From: Sandaracinaceae bacterium
Lineage (GTDB): Bacteria > Myxococcota_A > Polyangia > Polyangiales > JAFGIB01
Assembly (NCBI GenBank): GCA_017881055.1
Contig: JADGRF010000225.1
Coordinates: 9,486 to 73,485 of the forward strand
Direction of reading: 5' to 3'
Length of the DNA: 64,000 bases
Part shown: in pieces, positions 17,996-26,525 of the stretch
Layout: each line of letters starts with the position of its first letter
How positions within the stretch are numbered: the stretch's first letter is position 1
Notes under the pieces: generated by a model
What the model saw: only the letters and a program-made list of their open reading frames with translations
Told to the model about the DNA's origin: nothing
Databases searched by the model: none
Position numbers and translations under genes: made by a program

Positions 17996-19411
17996 TTAGT
18001 GGGCAACGCCGCTGTCAGGCTCACGCGCAATCAACGCGCGCAAGATCTGGTGCGCCATCGCAGCTTGGTAGTCGTCCGAGAAGGTCGAGCCGCCGCCATC
18101 CGCAGCAACGGGAGCGCCATGGGGCGCATCACGCGCAGTGGACTTCCGGGTCGCATCCAGCGAGCGATCCCCGTCAGCTGCAACGAACAGATGGTTCGAC
18201 AGGCTGGCTTCCGTCATTTGCCCCGCGCCGAGCTGGGCCTCGTGCAACAGCTTCGAGTCGAGCTGCGCAATCAGCACGTCCGGCTCGATGCCGCGCGCTT
18301 GAATGGAGGTGCCGTTCGGTGTGAAGTACAGAGCCGTCGTGAGCTTGAGCGCGCTGCCGTCGGGCAGATCGATCACGTTCTGCACGCTGCCTTTGCCAAA
18401 CGTGCGAGTTCCAACCAGCACCGCGCGATGCTGATCGTGCAGCGCGCCGGCGAGGATCTCGGCTGCGCTGGCCGAGTAGCCGTTCACGAGCACGACCATC
18501 GGCCAGTTGGGCCGCGTACCGGCCTTGCTCGCACGGCTCTCGCGCAGCAGCTTGCCGCCGCGACCGCGCGTGGAGACGATCACGCCGTCGCTCAAGAACT
18601 CGTCGGCGACCAGCACCGCGGACGACAACAGGCCGCCGGGGTTATCTCGCAGATCGAGCAGCACACCGCGCACGCCGCCCTTGCCGGCCGTGTGCTCCAC
18701 GGCTTGATCCAGCACCTGCCGCAGCTCATCCGCGGTGTTCTCCTGAAACGCACGCAGCGTGACGTACACGATGCGATCGTCGAGCACGCGACCATCGACT
18801 GCGGGCACATCGATGATTTGCCGCGTCAACACGGCCTCGATCGCTTGCTCTGCCCCGCGCCTGCGCAGCGTGACACGCACCTGCGTGCCCGGCTCGCCAC
18901 GCATGCGCGTGATCGCTTCATCGATCGAGAGATCGCGCGCCGGCACTCCGTCGATCGCGAGGAAGCGATCGCCCGGTTGAATGCCCGCACGCAGGGCGGA
19001 GCCCGAAGGCATGACGCGCACCACCTCGAGCCAGCCATCGTGCACGTCGATCTCGATGCCCACGCCGCCGAACCGACCTTCCGTGTCATCGGTCAGCACG
19101 CGCAGCTCGTTCGAATCGAGGTACGCGGAATGTGGGTCTAACACCTTCAACATCCCACGGATCGCGCCCTGCATCAGCGCGTCTTCGCTGGGCTGATCGA
19201 CGTAGCTGTTCTCGATGTGAGCGAGCGCGCGCGCAAAAACCTCGAGCCTCGAGTACGGGCTCTGGGACGCGGCATCCGCGCGCGCACCGGTCGGAGCCGC
19301 ACCGAATGCGATCGCGAAACATAGGAGCCCGCGCCATGGCGACCTACGGTGGACGCGTGGAAGCGCGGTACGTGTTCGCGATGCATTATGTTTCGTTGAC
19401 ACGGCACCCAC
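17996..19411 (-). CDS. ctpA: S41 family C-terminal processing peptidase with PDZ domain
   Basis: PDZ region (GIEIDVHDGWLEVVRVMPSGSALRAGIQPGDRFLAIDG) and S41 catalytic region (NGYSASAAEILAGAL, TFGKGSVQ). The true start may be the internal GTG near 19354, just before the signal peptide. Confidence 0.88.
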   Translation of the reverse strand: MGAVSTKHNASRTRTALPRVHRRSPWRGLLCFAIAFGAAPTGARADAASQSPYSRLEVFARALAHIENSYVDQPSEDALMQGAIRGMLKVLDPHSAYLDSNELRVLTDDTEGRFGGVGIEIDVHDGWLEVVRVMPSGSALRAGIQPGDRFLAIDGVPARDLSIDEAITRMRGEPGTQVRVTLRRRGAEQAIEAVLTRQIIDVPAVDGRVLDDRIVYVTLRAFQENTADELRQVLDQAVEHTAGKGGVRGVLLDLRDNPGGLLSSAVLVADEFLSDGVIVSTRGRGGKLLRESRASKAGTRPNWPMVVLVNGYSASAAEILAGALHDQHRAVLVGTRTFGKGSVQNVIDLPDGSALKLTTALYFTPNGTSIQARGIEPDVLIAQLDSKLLHEAQLGAGQMTEASLSNHLFVAADGDRSLDATRKSTARDAPHGAPVAADGGGSTFSDDYQAAMAHQILRALIAREPDSGVAH

Positions 19412-19425
19412 TGTCGTACTCTAAT
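19396..19425 (+). promoter_or_regulatory. candidate sigma70-type promoter for the RHH gene
   Basis: TTGACA at 19396-19401 and TCTAAT at 19420-19425, with an 18-nt spacer, in a locally AT-rich stretch about 100 nt upstream of the ATG at 19528. Confidence 0.4.
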
Positions 19426-19432
19426 GTATCTG

Positions 19433-19465
19433 TAACGATCGCTAACGATAAGCAGCACATCGTAA
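19433..19465 (+). promoter_or_regulatory. candidate operator repeats
   Basis: TAACGAT occurs at 19433-19439 and 19443-19449 (10-nt phasing). A related inverted half-site ATCGTAA lies at 19459-19465. All sit between the putative -10 and the RHH gene. Confidence 0.3.
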
Positions 19466-19527
19466 GAGATCAGATTTGACGGCGTGAAATCAGCCATACG
19501 CGCACGAATATAAGGAGAGAGGGGAGC

Positions 19528-19731
19528 ATGTCAGCGACAGATAAACGGAAACAGAGCCTCTATTTTCCGGAGACTATGCTGCAGGAAATTCAGAAGGAAG
19601 CTGCCCGTTTGGATCGTTCCCTGTCCTGGATTGTGCAGCGCTGCGTCAAGATCGGTCTGCCCGACATCCGGCGCCTGCCGTCGGTGAACGACGTCGCCGA
19701 TGGCGCGGACGACGACAACCCGGACGAGTGA
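19528..19731 (+). CDS. small ribbon-helix-helix (CopG/Arc/MetJ-like) protein with acidic tail
   Basis: 67 aa. Has a KQSLYFPETMLQEIQKEAARLDRSLSWIVQRCV beta-strand plus two-helix pattern. Strong Shine-Dalgarno (AAGGAGAG). Codon third positions are less GC-biased than in neighbouring genes. Confidence 0.75.
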   Translation: MSATDKRKQSLYFPETMLQEIQKEAARLDRSLSWIVQRCVKIGLPDIRRLPSVNDVADGADDDNPDE

Positions 19732-19733
19732 TT

Positions 19734-19793
19734 GCGTCAGAGCAGAAGTAACCTGTGCGTGTAGAAGTGCACGCATAGGTTTCCTGCTGACGC
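19734..19793 (+). other. long bipartite hairpin between the RHH gene and the hydrolase gene
   Basis: Outer stem gcgtcag/ctgacgc plus 3 bp. Inner 12-bp stem 19750-19761/19770-19781 with one G-U pair and an 8-nt loop. No U-tract follows. Confidence 0.4.
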
Positions 19794-19807
19794 ATGGGTG
19801 AGTACCC

Positions 19808-20671
19808 ATGGAGTACGACGAGCGAGGCTTTGCCTCCGCCGCGGACGGCACCAAGCTGTTCTACGGCATCAAGGGTCAAGGCCCTGGACTCGTCCTACTC
19901 GATGGCATCGGCTGCGACGGCTGGGCCTGGACGCACATCCAACCGCACCTCGCGCTGCATCACCGCGTCGTGCACACGCATTACCGTGGCCACGGTCGGA
20001 GCGGATCAGGCGTAGATCGCACGGCCACCGACATCCTCACCCTGCGCGACGACGTGTTGCGCGTGATGGATGCCACGGGCCTCTCACAGGCCACGCTGCT
20101 TGCCCACTCGATGGGCACGCAGGTCGCGCTCGAAATCTATAGGGCGCAGCCCGAGCGCGTGCGCGCGCTGATCTTGGTCTGCGGCTCCCACGGCCGCATC
20201 ACGCATACGTTCCACGGCAACAACATGCTGCATCGCGTGTTGCCCACGCTGATCACCAACGTTCGCAAGTACGAGCCGATCGCGCGCGCGCTCTGGGGCC
20301 GCTTGCCGCCCGCGCTCAGCTACCGCGTGGCGCGCTGGCTGCGCGAGATCGACGGCACCACGCTGCGTCCCGACGACTTCCGTCAGTACGTCGAGCACCT
20401 CTCCGACATCGAACTCGATCTGTACCTGACGATGCTGCAAGCCGCGGGCGAGCACAGCGCCGAAGACATGCTCGGCACGATTCGCGTTCCCACGCTGGTG
20501 ATCGCCGCCGAACGCGACACGTTCACGCCGTCCGACGTCGTGAGAGACATGGCCGATCGCATCCCAGGCGCCAGCTACCTCTTGCTGAACGGCGCCAGCC
20601 ACGCCGCCCCCAGCGAACAACCCGAAGCCATCAACACCGCCATCGACAACCTTCTCGCTAAGCTGACCTGA
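19808..20671 (+). CDS. alpha/beta hydrolase fold protein
   Basis: 287 aa. Has an HGRSG segment and the nucleophile elbow AHSMGT, and is colinear with alpha/beta hydrolases. Confidence 0.85.
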   Translation: MEYDERGFASAADGTKLFYGIKGQGPGLVLLDGIGCDGWAWTHIQPHLALHHRVVHTHYRGHGRSGSGVDRTATDILTLRDDVLRVMDATGLSQATLLAHSMGTQVALEIYRAQPERVRALILVCGSHGRITHTFHGNNMLHRVLPTLITNVRKYEPIARALWGRLPPALSYRVARWLREIDGTTLRPDDFRQYVEHLSDIELDLYLTMLQAAGEHSAEDMLGTIRVPTLVIAAERDTFTPSDVVRDMADRIPGASYLLLNGASHAAPSEQPEAINTAIDNLLAKLT

Positions 20672-20677
20672 ACGCGC

Positions 20678-20820
20678 CGCGAGTTGGGGTCCATGCGCGG
20701 CTTACGTCGGGTTGCGGGTTCGCGTTCGCGAACCCGAAGACAGGCGCGGGTCGGTCACGTACAGGAAGTACGCTCCCTCGCCGCGCTGCGGGCGCGCTCG
20801 CGCCTGAACCCCAACTCGCG
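20678..20820. repeat. palindrome-flanked intergenic repeat, copy 1 of core Y
   Basis: 13-bp perfect inverted repeat cgcgagttggggt / accccaactcgcg (20678-20690 / 20808-20820) encloses a core (20698-20801). The core shares identical blocks of 11, 11 and 30 nt with the inverted copy at 27982-28053. Confidence 0.7.
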
Positions 20821-20872
20821 ACGCTCACCTTTCAGTGAGATCTTGACGCCTGCAACCGGACGGGCGACGCGA

Positions 20873-22021
20873 TCAGAATTGCACGCGGAAGAGTTGCTGT
20901 CCCATCAGCAATAGGTCACCGCTCACAACCGCACGCGACCCGCGAAGCCGCAAGAAGGTCCCGTTGCTGCTGCCGACGTCGGTCAAGACGCAGCTGGAAC
21001 CGTCGTTGTGCACGCGGCAATGAAGACCGGAGACGTAGCCGTCTTCGGGGAAGATCACGTCGCCGCGCTCGCGACCGAGGTGCATGCCGTCGAGCGGAAT
21101 CGGATAGCAGTTGGCAACCGACTCACGACCAATCACCAGCGACAGCTTGCCGATGAAGCCCGGATTCGGGCTGCCCATCTGCTCGACCCCATGCACGAGC
21201 GCGGGCGCCGGAATGGCCTCGAAGCGCATGATCTCTTGGCCGACGCGGAAGATGTCGCCGTCTTGCAGCTTGGTCGGTACGTCGCGCTTGAGCTTGACGT
21301 ACACGCCGTTCAGGCTGCCTTCGTCCTTCACGGTGCAACCGGCGCCGGCGAACGCGAAGGTCGCATGCACGGGTGACAGGTACGCATCCGCTGCGAACGT
21401 CGAGCCCGCATCGCGGCCGATCGTGGTGGTCCCATCCGAGAGCGGGAAGGTCTCGCCTTCAGTCCCGTCGGGGTTGATCACCACGAGCGCACCGCGGCTG
21501 GGACGCACCGCCGGTGCGGCAACGGTCGCTGCTGCGGCAACGGAGGCCACGGGCGCCGCTGCGACCTGCATGCGATGTCCGCACGTGCCGCAGAACTTGA
21601 AGTCGTGTGGCACGGGGTTGCCGCAGCTCGGGCAGTTGTTCACCGAGGCGGAGCTCGCCGCTACCGGCGGCGCCGCGATCGGTGCAGGTGCTGCGGCTGC
21701 GGGTGCACGCGACACGGGTGCTGCCTGTGGCGGAGGCGCCTGCAACGCAGGACCCGCGCCGACAGCCGAACCGCGCGGCGGATACGAGATGCTGCCCTGC
21801 TGCGTGGCGGCGAACTGCAAGTTCTTCTCGGGCGGACGCAGCGCCGGAGCCGCGGCCGGCGCGGGGTTCACGGCGGGCATCGCGGACGGAGGCGTGCGTG
21901 CGGAAAAATTCTTCGGCGCCGCCGCTTCACGCGGCAGCTCGGAACCGCAGCCAAGGCAGAACTTGTAGTGGTCCTGGTTTTCCTTGCTGCACCGTGGGCA
22001 GACGATCACAGGAGCCTCCAA
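20873..22021 (-). CDS. double zinc-ribbon, double FHA domain protein
   Basis: 382 aa. Two Zn ribbons (CPRCSKEN...CLGCG and CPSCGNPV...CGTCG), a Pro/Ala-rich linker, then two FHA domains (TTIGRD...SPVHATF and LGRERGDVIFPEDGYVSGLHCRV). Confidence 0.85.
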   Translation of the reverse strand: MEAPVIVCPRCSKENQDHYKFCLGCGSELPREAAAPKNFSARTPPSAMPAVNPAPAAAPALRPPEKNLQFAATQQGSISYPPRGSAVGAGPALQAPPPQAAPVSRAPAAAAPAPIAAPPVAASSASVNNCPSCGNPVPHDFKFCGTCGHRMQVAAAPVASVAAAATVAAPAVRPSRGALVVINPDGTEGETFPLSDGTTTIGRDAGSTFAADAYLSPVHATFAFAGAGCTVKDEGSLNGVYVKLKRDVPTKLQDGDIFRVGQEIMRFEAIPAPALVHGVEQMGSPNPGFIGKLSLVIGRESVANCYPIPLDGMHLGRERGDVIFPEDGYVSGLHCRVHNDGSSCVLTDVGSSNGTFLRLRGSRAVVSGDLLLMGQQLFRVQF

Positions 22022-22076
22022 TCCGTTGCGCGCGTGCCGACGATCGAGCTGCGTTCACTGCCGAGTCTTTGCGTGC

Positions 22077-23090
22077 TCATGCCGTCATCTCCACGCGCAG
22101 AAGCTCGCGACCCAAGAACAGGTAGTCGCCGTGCTGCAGCCGTTGCGGACCCTTGATGCGCACGTACGTGCCGTTCTTGGAATCGGTGTCGATCAAGTTG
22201 AACACGCCGTCGCCGACCATCTCGACGCGCGCGTGCGTGCCGGACATGTACACGTCGACGGGATAGTTGAGGTCGCACTCTTCGCGGCCGATCACGACCG
22301 ACGGCCCCGTCGCGCAGAACGACAGTCCCGTGCCGCCGCCCGTGAGCAGCTGCGTCACGCGATAGGTGTGGCGCTTGCGCGGCGACGAGTAGAAGTACGT
22401 CTGATCGGGCGAAGGACCCGAGGTATCGCGCGGTGCGGGCTCGATCTTGAAGAGCTGCTCGCCGCACAGGAACGTGTCACCGTAGGCGAGCGCGACGGAA
22501 GCACGAACGCGCACGTACACGCCGTTCAAGCTGTCTTCGTCGCGCACCACCAGCTGGCCGTTTTCGTAGACGAAGTTGGCGTGGCGTGGCGACAGCCAGG
22601 AGTCTTCGGGGAACAGGATCTGTCCGTCTTCGCGACCGGCGAGGTGCTCGGTGCCCTGCAGCATGTAGCTGAGGCCGTCGACGCCGCCTTCGCCGCGGAT
22701 CAGGATCAACCGCGCTTTGCCCGGTGTCTGCATCGTGCCGAAGTACTTCGTGCGGAGCTCGACGACCTCGGGCGGAACCGCCGCGCCGCAGGTGCCGCAG
22801 AACTTGTGTCCCGACGGAACCGACGTCGAACACTCCTTACAAACGTAGTTGCGTGCTTGCTCCATCAGATGTTCCAGTTCTTCGGGGGACGGTTTTCTCG
22901 GGAGCGATTGCGCAGGCGTAGTGGGGGGATCTGATACCACGCTTCGCCGCGGCTTCGCAGCGGTTGCGGTTGCAGGTGCAGGCGCATCTCCCAAGAACGA
23001 GAGATCGTGCCCGCAGGCCGAGCAACTCGCTTGGCGGAGCGGGCTCCAAGTTTCACAAGCGCCACACGCGATACCGACATCGGTTGCCAT
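22077..23090 (-). CDS. double zinc-ribbon, double FHA domain protein (paralog of the neighbour)
   Basis: Start taken at MATDVGIACGACE (ATG at 23090). Has CGAC...CSAC and CKEC...CGTC ribbons and two FHA domains (HLAGREDGQILFPEDSWLSPRHANF and VVIGREECDLNYPVDVYMSGTHARV). Confidence 0.8.
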   Translation of the reverse strand: MATDVGIACGACETWSPLRQASCSACGHDLSFLGDAPAPATATAAKPRRSVVSDPPTTPAQSLPRKPSPEELEHLMEQARNYVCKECSTSVPSGHKFCGTCGAAVPPEVVELRTKYFGTMQTPGKARLILIRGEGGVDGLSYMLQGTEHLAGREDGQILFPEDSWLSPRHANFVYENGQLVVRDEDSLNGVYVRVRASVALAYGDTFLCGEQLFKIEPAPRDTSGPSPDQTYFYSSPRKRHTYRVTQLLTGGGTGLSFCATGPSVVIGREECDLNYPVDVYMSGTHARVEMVGDGVFNLIDTDSKNGTYVRIKGPQRLQHGDYLFLGRELLRVEMTA

Positions 23091-23178
23091 GTGAAGCTTG
23101 CTCCATCGAAGCGGACCCCCGCGGGTTCGACCACCACCGCCATCTACGCGCATTTGTAGAGGATCTGGGACGGATCCG

Positions 23179-25561
23179 TCAATTCGCAGACAGAATCCGG
23201 CGCAGGCTGGGTGCAAGCGCGGGCGTGGCGCGAGCCTCTATGAGCGCTTGGCCGCCAAGCCGGACCAGGGCGCGAGCAGCGGCTTCGCGGACGATCGGTT
23301 CGTCGTCGCCGCGCAGGGCCGCCTGCAGGGAAGTGGCCGAGCAAGGCGCCGCACGATCCGCGAGCGCGACGGCAGCGGCCTCGCGAACCAGGGCAAAAGC
23401 GTCGCGGGCCAGCACACGCGCAAGCGAACGCGTCGTCGTCTCGTCCGGCGCGTGGCGGAGCAACTGGACCGCCTGCAGGCGAACCGCAAACGCCGGATCC
23501 GCGAGGGCGAGCTGCGCCAAGGGGACCGCCAAGATGCTGGCGTCGAACGCCCGGCTCCTAGCGCTTTGCGTGGTCAGGGCTGCGAGCGCGGCCGCGCGAA
23601 CGGCCGGGTCCGCGTCGACCAGCAGCTGGCCCACCACGCGTCGGGCGGAATCGTCCGGAATGCGGCCAAGCACCCGCGCGACCAGACCGTGTAGCTCACG
23701 ATCCGGCACGGCTGCAAGCGCCGCGAGATCGGGCGCCAGCTGCATGAGCAGCTGCGAGCAAACCGGAGCGAGCGGCGGCGGGCTGGTATCGTTTCCGGCT
23801 TCGTTTCCGGCTTCGTGGAGCGCACGCAGCACCGCGGCGCGCGCTGTTGCGTCCCCATGCAGCCCTGCCCGCGCAGCGCCGAGCAGCTCTGGAAGAAAGC
23901 GTTCCATGGAAGCGTGCCCTGCAGCCCGCAGTGCCGTGAGGGCGGCACGTACGACTTGATCGACGGTAGTCGGCTCGAGCGGCGTCGGAATCGTGACGGT
24001 GAGCCGCGCGCCACGGCCAAGCCCGAGCAGCGCAGCTGCTCCGATCTCGCGGCGCAGCCTGTCCGACGAAAACGAGAGGCTCGCGAGCTCGGGCGCGAGC
24101 GTCGCGTCATCGAGCGCGGCAAGCCCAAGCCAGGAAAGCCGCGCGAGGCCCGCGTCGGCCGAGTGCGCCGCTTCGAGCAGCGCGGGCGTGGCCTCGCGCG
24201 CGCCGACCAGACCGAGCGCGAGGGCGGCGGCGGCGCGCACAGTCGGGTTGCGGTCGGCGACCAGCGCATTTCGCAGCAACGTGCCGTCGTCAGGGTTGCC
24301 GACTCGCCCGAGCCCAAGCAGCGCCTGCATGCGCACGTTCGGGGAATCCGAAGCCGAGAGGTCTCGCAGCATGGCGTGGGCGGCGACTCCTTCTTGACGC
24401 GCGATCGCAAACGTTGCCAGCTCTCGCACGCGAGCTTCAGGCCCGTGGGCAAGACTGGCAAAGCGCGGCAAAAGGCTTGGGCCGGCAAGCTCCGCGGCCG
24501 CCGCCAAGGCGCGCAGCCGTAGACCCGCGTCGTGCCCTGCGGGATCGGTGCTGGCGAACGACACGAGCGGTAGCACGGCCGCCGGATTCCGCACGCACGC
24601 GAGAATCTCGACGGCAGCCCGCGCCTCAGCCTCGTCGTGAGCGTTCAGCGCCGCGAGCAACGGCTTCGCGCCGCGCAGGCCGATTGCGCGCAGCTCACTC
24701 ACGTCTGAGCTCGACGCATCCGAGCCAGCTGACGCGCCGCAGTCCGGCGCGAGCTTCCGCACCAGCACGCCGTAAAGCTCGAGCAGGGCATGCCCAGCGG
24801 CCATGCGCTCGGGGTGGGCCTGTGAGACCGCCAGCAGCTCCTGCTCGAGCGCACCGAGACGGCCTGCGGGCGCGCGCAGCTCGAGCAAGGCATGGAACGC
24901 GCGCGACAAAAGCTCGTCGTCGGCGCTGCCGCGCAGGACTGCGCTGAACAGGCCGTCGGCACGCGCCGTGTCCGCAGATGCCAGCGCGAGCTCGGCCACC
25001 CGCACCATCAAGGCAAAGCGATCCGGATCGAGCGCAAGCGCCTTCTCGTAGCTCGCGAGCGCGCGCGCAGGCTCGTTCTGCGACCGGTAGAGGTCCCCGA
25101 GTCGCTCCTGCACGCCGGCATCGCGTGGCGCGAGCTCGGCTGCGCGCCTCGACGCGCGCCGCATCGAGATCGCCTCCGGCACGCAGAATCTGAGCGAGCA
25201 GGAGGTGCACGTTCGCGTCCTGCGGCGCCGCGCTGGCGCGCGCGTTCAACGCCACGATCAGTGCCGGCACGCCCTGCTCGCTGGCGCCATACAGCGCGAG
25301 CAAGCGCTCCAACACCAGCTCCTGCGTCGGGTCGGCCAGCGCGACCCGTAAGTAACGCTCCGCGAGCGGCGGCTGTGCGCCTGGCGCCCGCGCGTCCCGA
25401 GGCCGGGTCGAACGACTGCGGTTCGGCTTGGGCGTGGCCACGCGTCGGCTCAAGGACCAGTCATCACCCGACTGGGCGCGCACCGACAGGGTGGCGAGCG
25501 CGCAGGCGGCGCCCACGCACGAGACCAGGCCGACCGCTACCCGTTGCCATACACGCCGCAT
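23179..25561 (-). pseudogene. secreted TPR plus HEAT-repeat protein, reading frame broken near 25140-25170
   Basis: The signal peptide and TPR-like N-terminus (MRRVWQRVAVGLVSCVGAACALA) read in the frame of ORF 24695..25666. The HEAT-like remainder reads in the frame of ORF 23179..25182. The sense switches inside a gcggcgcgcg run. Confidence 0.6.
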
Positions 25562-25712
25562 CGACTGAAAGCTCTGCTCCTCGCTCGCAGAGTAGCAAAG
25601 TGATGCCGAGTGGACGCCGCGCCTCGAAGCTGCCAACCTCGTCGCCCCTCGACCTCCGCCGTCCAACCCGCGATCCCCGCACCGGACACCCGCTCACCCG
25701 CTCACCAAAATC

Positions 25713-26525
25713 ATGCTGCTTTCAGGCTCCATTCTAGATCGTGCGCCGGGCCGCACCTATACGACCACGCTTGGCTTTGCGGAGCTTTCGCTGCGCGCGC
25801 CGCTGCCCCGCGCAGCCACACTCACCGCGTGGCGCAGTGCGCTGCCCAAAGACTTCGCGCTCGCATTGCGCGCACCCAAGAACGCCGTTGTTTCGGCGAA
25901 AGGCCCGCTGCGCGTCGATGCGGCCGTCGAAGCGTCGTTAGCCTGGGTTCTCGAAGCTGCACAGGCCCTCGAAGTACGCGCGGTCGTGTTCGCGACTCCG
26001 GCCGACCTCACCCCCGGCGGTCGGTCGCAAGACTTGCTCGCGAGCTACGTCGAGCGTCTGCCGAAGGTGCCGAACCGCCACTACGTCTGGGCACCACGCG
26101 GCGTCTGGGAGCCCGAAGACACCGAACCGCTGTGCGCGAAGCTCGGCCTTTCGCGCGCGTTCGATCCGCTCGAGACACCGCGCCCTGCCGGGCCATTCGT
26201 CTACGCGGAGCTGCGCGCGCTCGGACATCGCAAGAGCTTCTCGCAATCTGCGCTGCAGGACGCGCTCGAAGTCATTGCCAGCGAAGAGTACGACGAAGCG
26301 TTCATCAGCGTAGATGCCGAGCGCGGCTTCGACGTCGCCAAGCGCATCATGAAGATCGCCGCCGAGCTGGGTCTGGCCGATGGCTCCGCCATCCCCTCAC
26401 GCGAGCGCTCGCCCGACGGTGAAGGCGGAGACGACGACGAACACGAGCGCGAAGACGACGAAGACAGCGACGAAGACGACGAAGACGACGAAGACAGCGA
26501 AGACGAGGACGACGACGAAACATGA
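25713..26525 (+). CDS. DUF72-like protein with strongly acidic C-terminal tail
   Basis: 270 aa with loose DUF72-like colinearity (WRSALPKDFALALRAPK, VVFATPADLTP). The last roughly 40 aa are almost all Asp/Glu. The stop overlaps the next ATG (ATGA). Confidence 0.5.
   Translation: MLLSGSILDRAPGRTYTTTLGFAELSLRAPLPRAATLTAWRSALPKDFALALRAPKNAVVSAKGPLRVDAAVEASLAWVLEAAQALEVRAVVFATPADLTPGGRSQDLLASYVERLPKVPNRHYVWAPRGVWEPEDTEPLCAKLGLSRAFDPLETPRPAGPFVYAELRALGHRKSFSQSALQDALEVIASEEYDEAFISVDAERGFDVAKRIMKIAAELGLADGSAIPSRERSPDGEGGDDDEHEREDDEDSDEDDEDDEDSEDEDDDET

Noticed and set aside
24695-25150. 3' part of ORF 24695..25666 taken as a real coding region
   Set aside because: After about 25150 this frame turns into Arg/Ala-rich nonsense and overlaps the HEAT-repeat frame by about 470 nt. 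A frame break is the simpler explanation.
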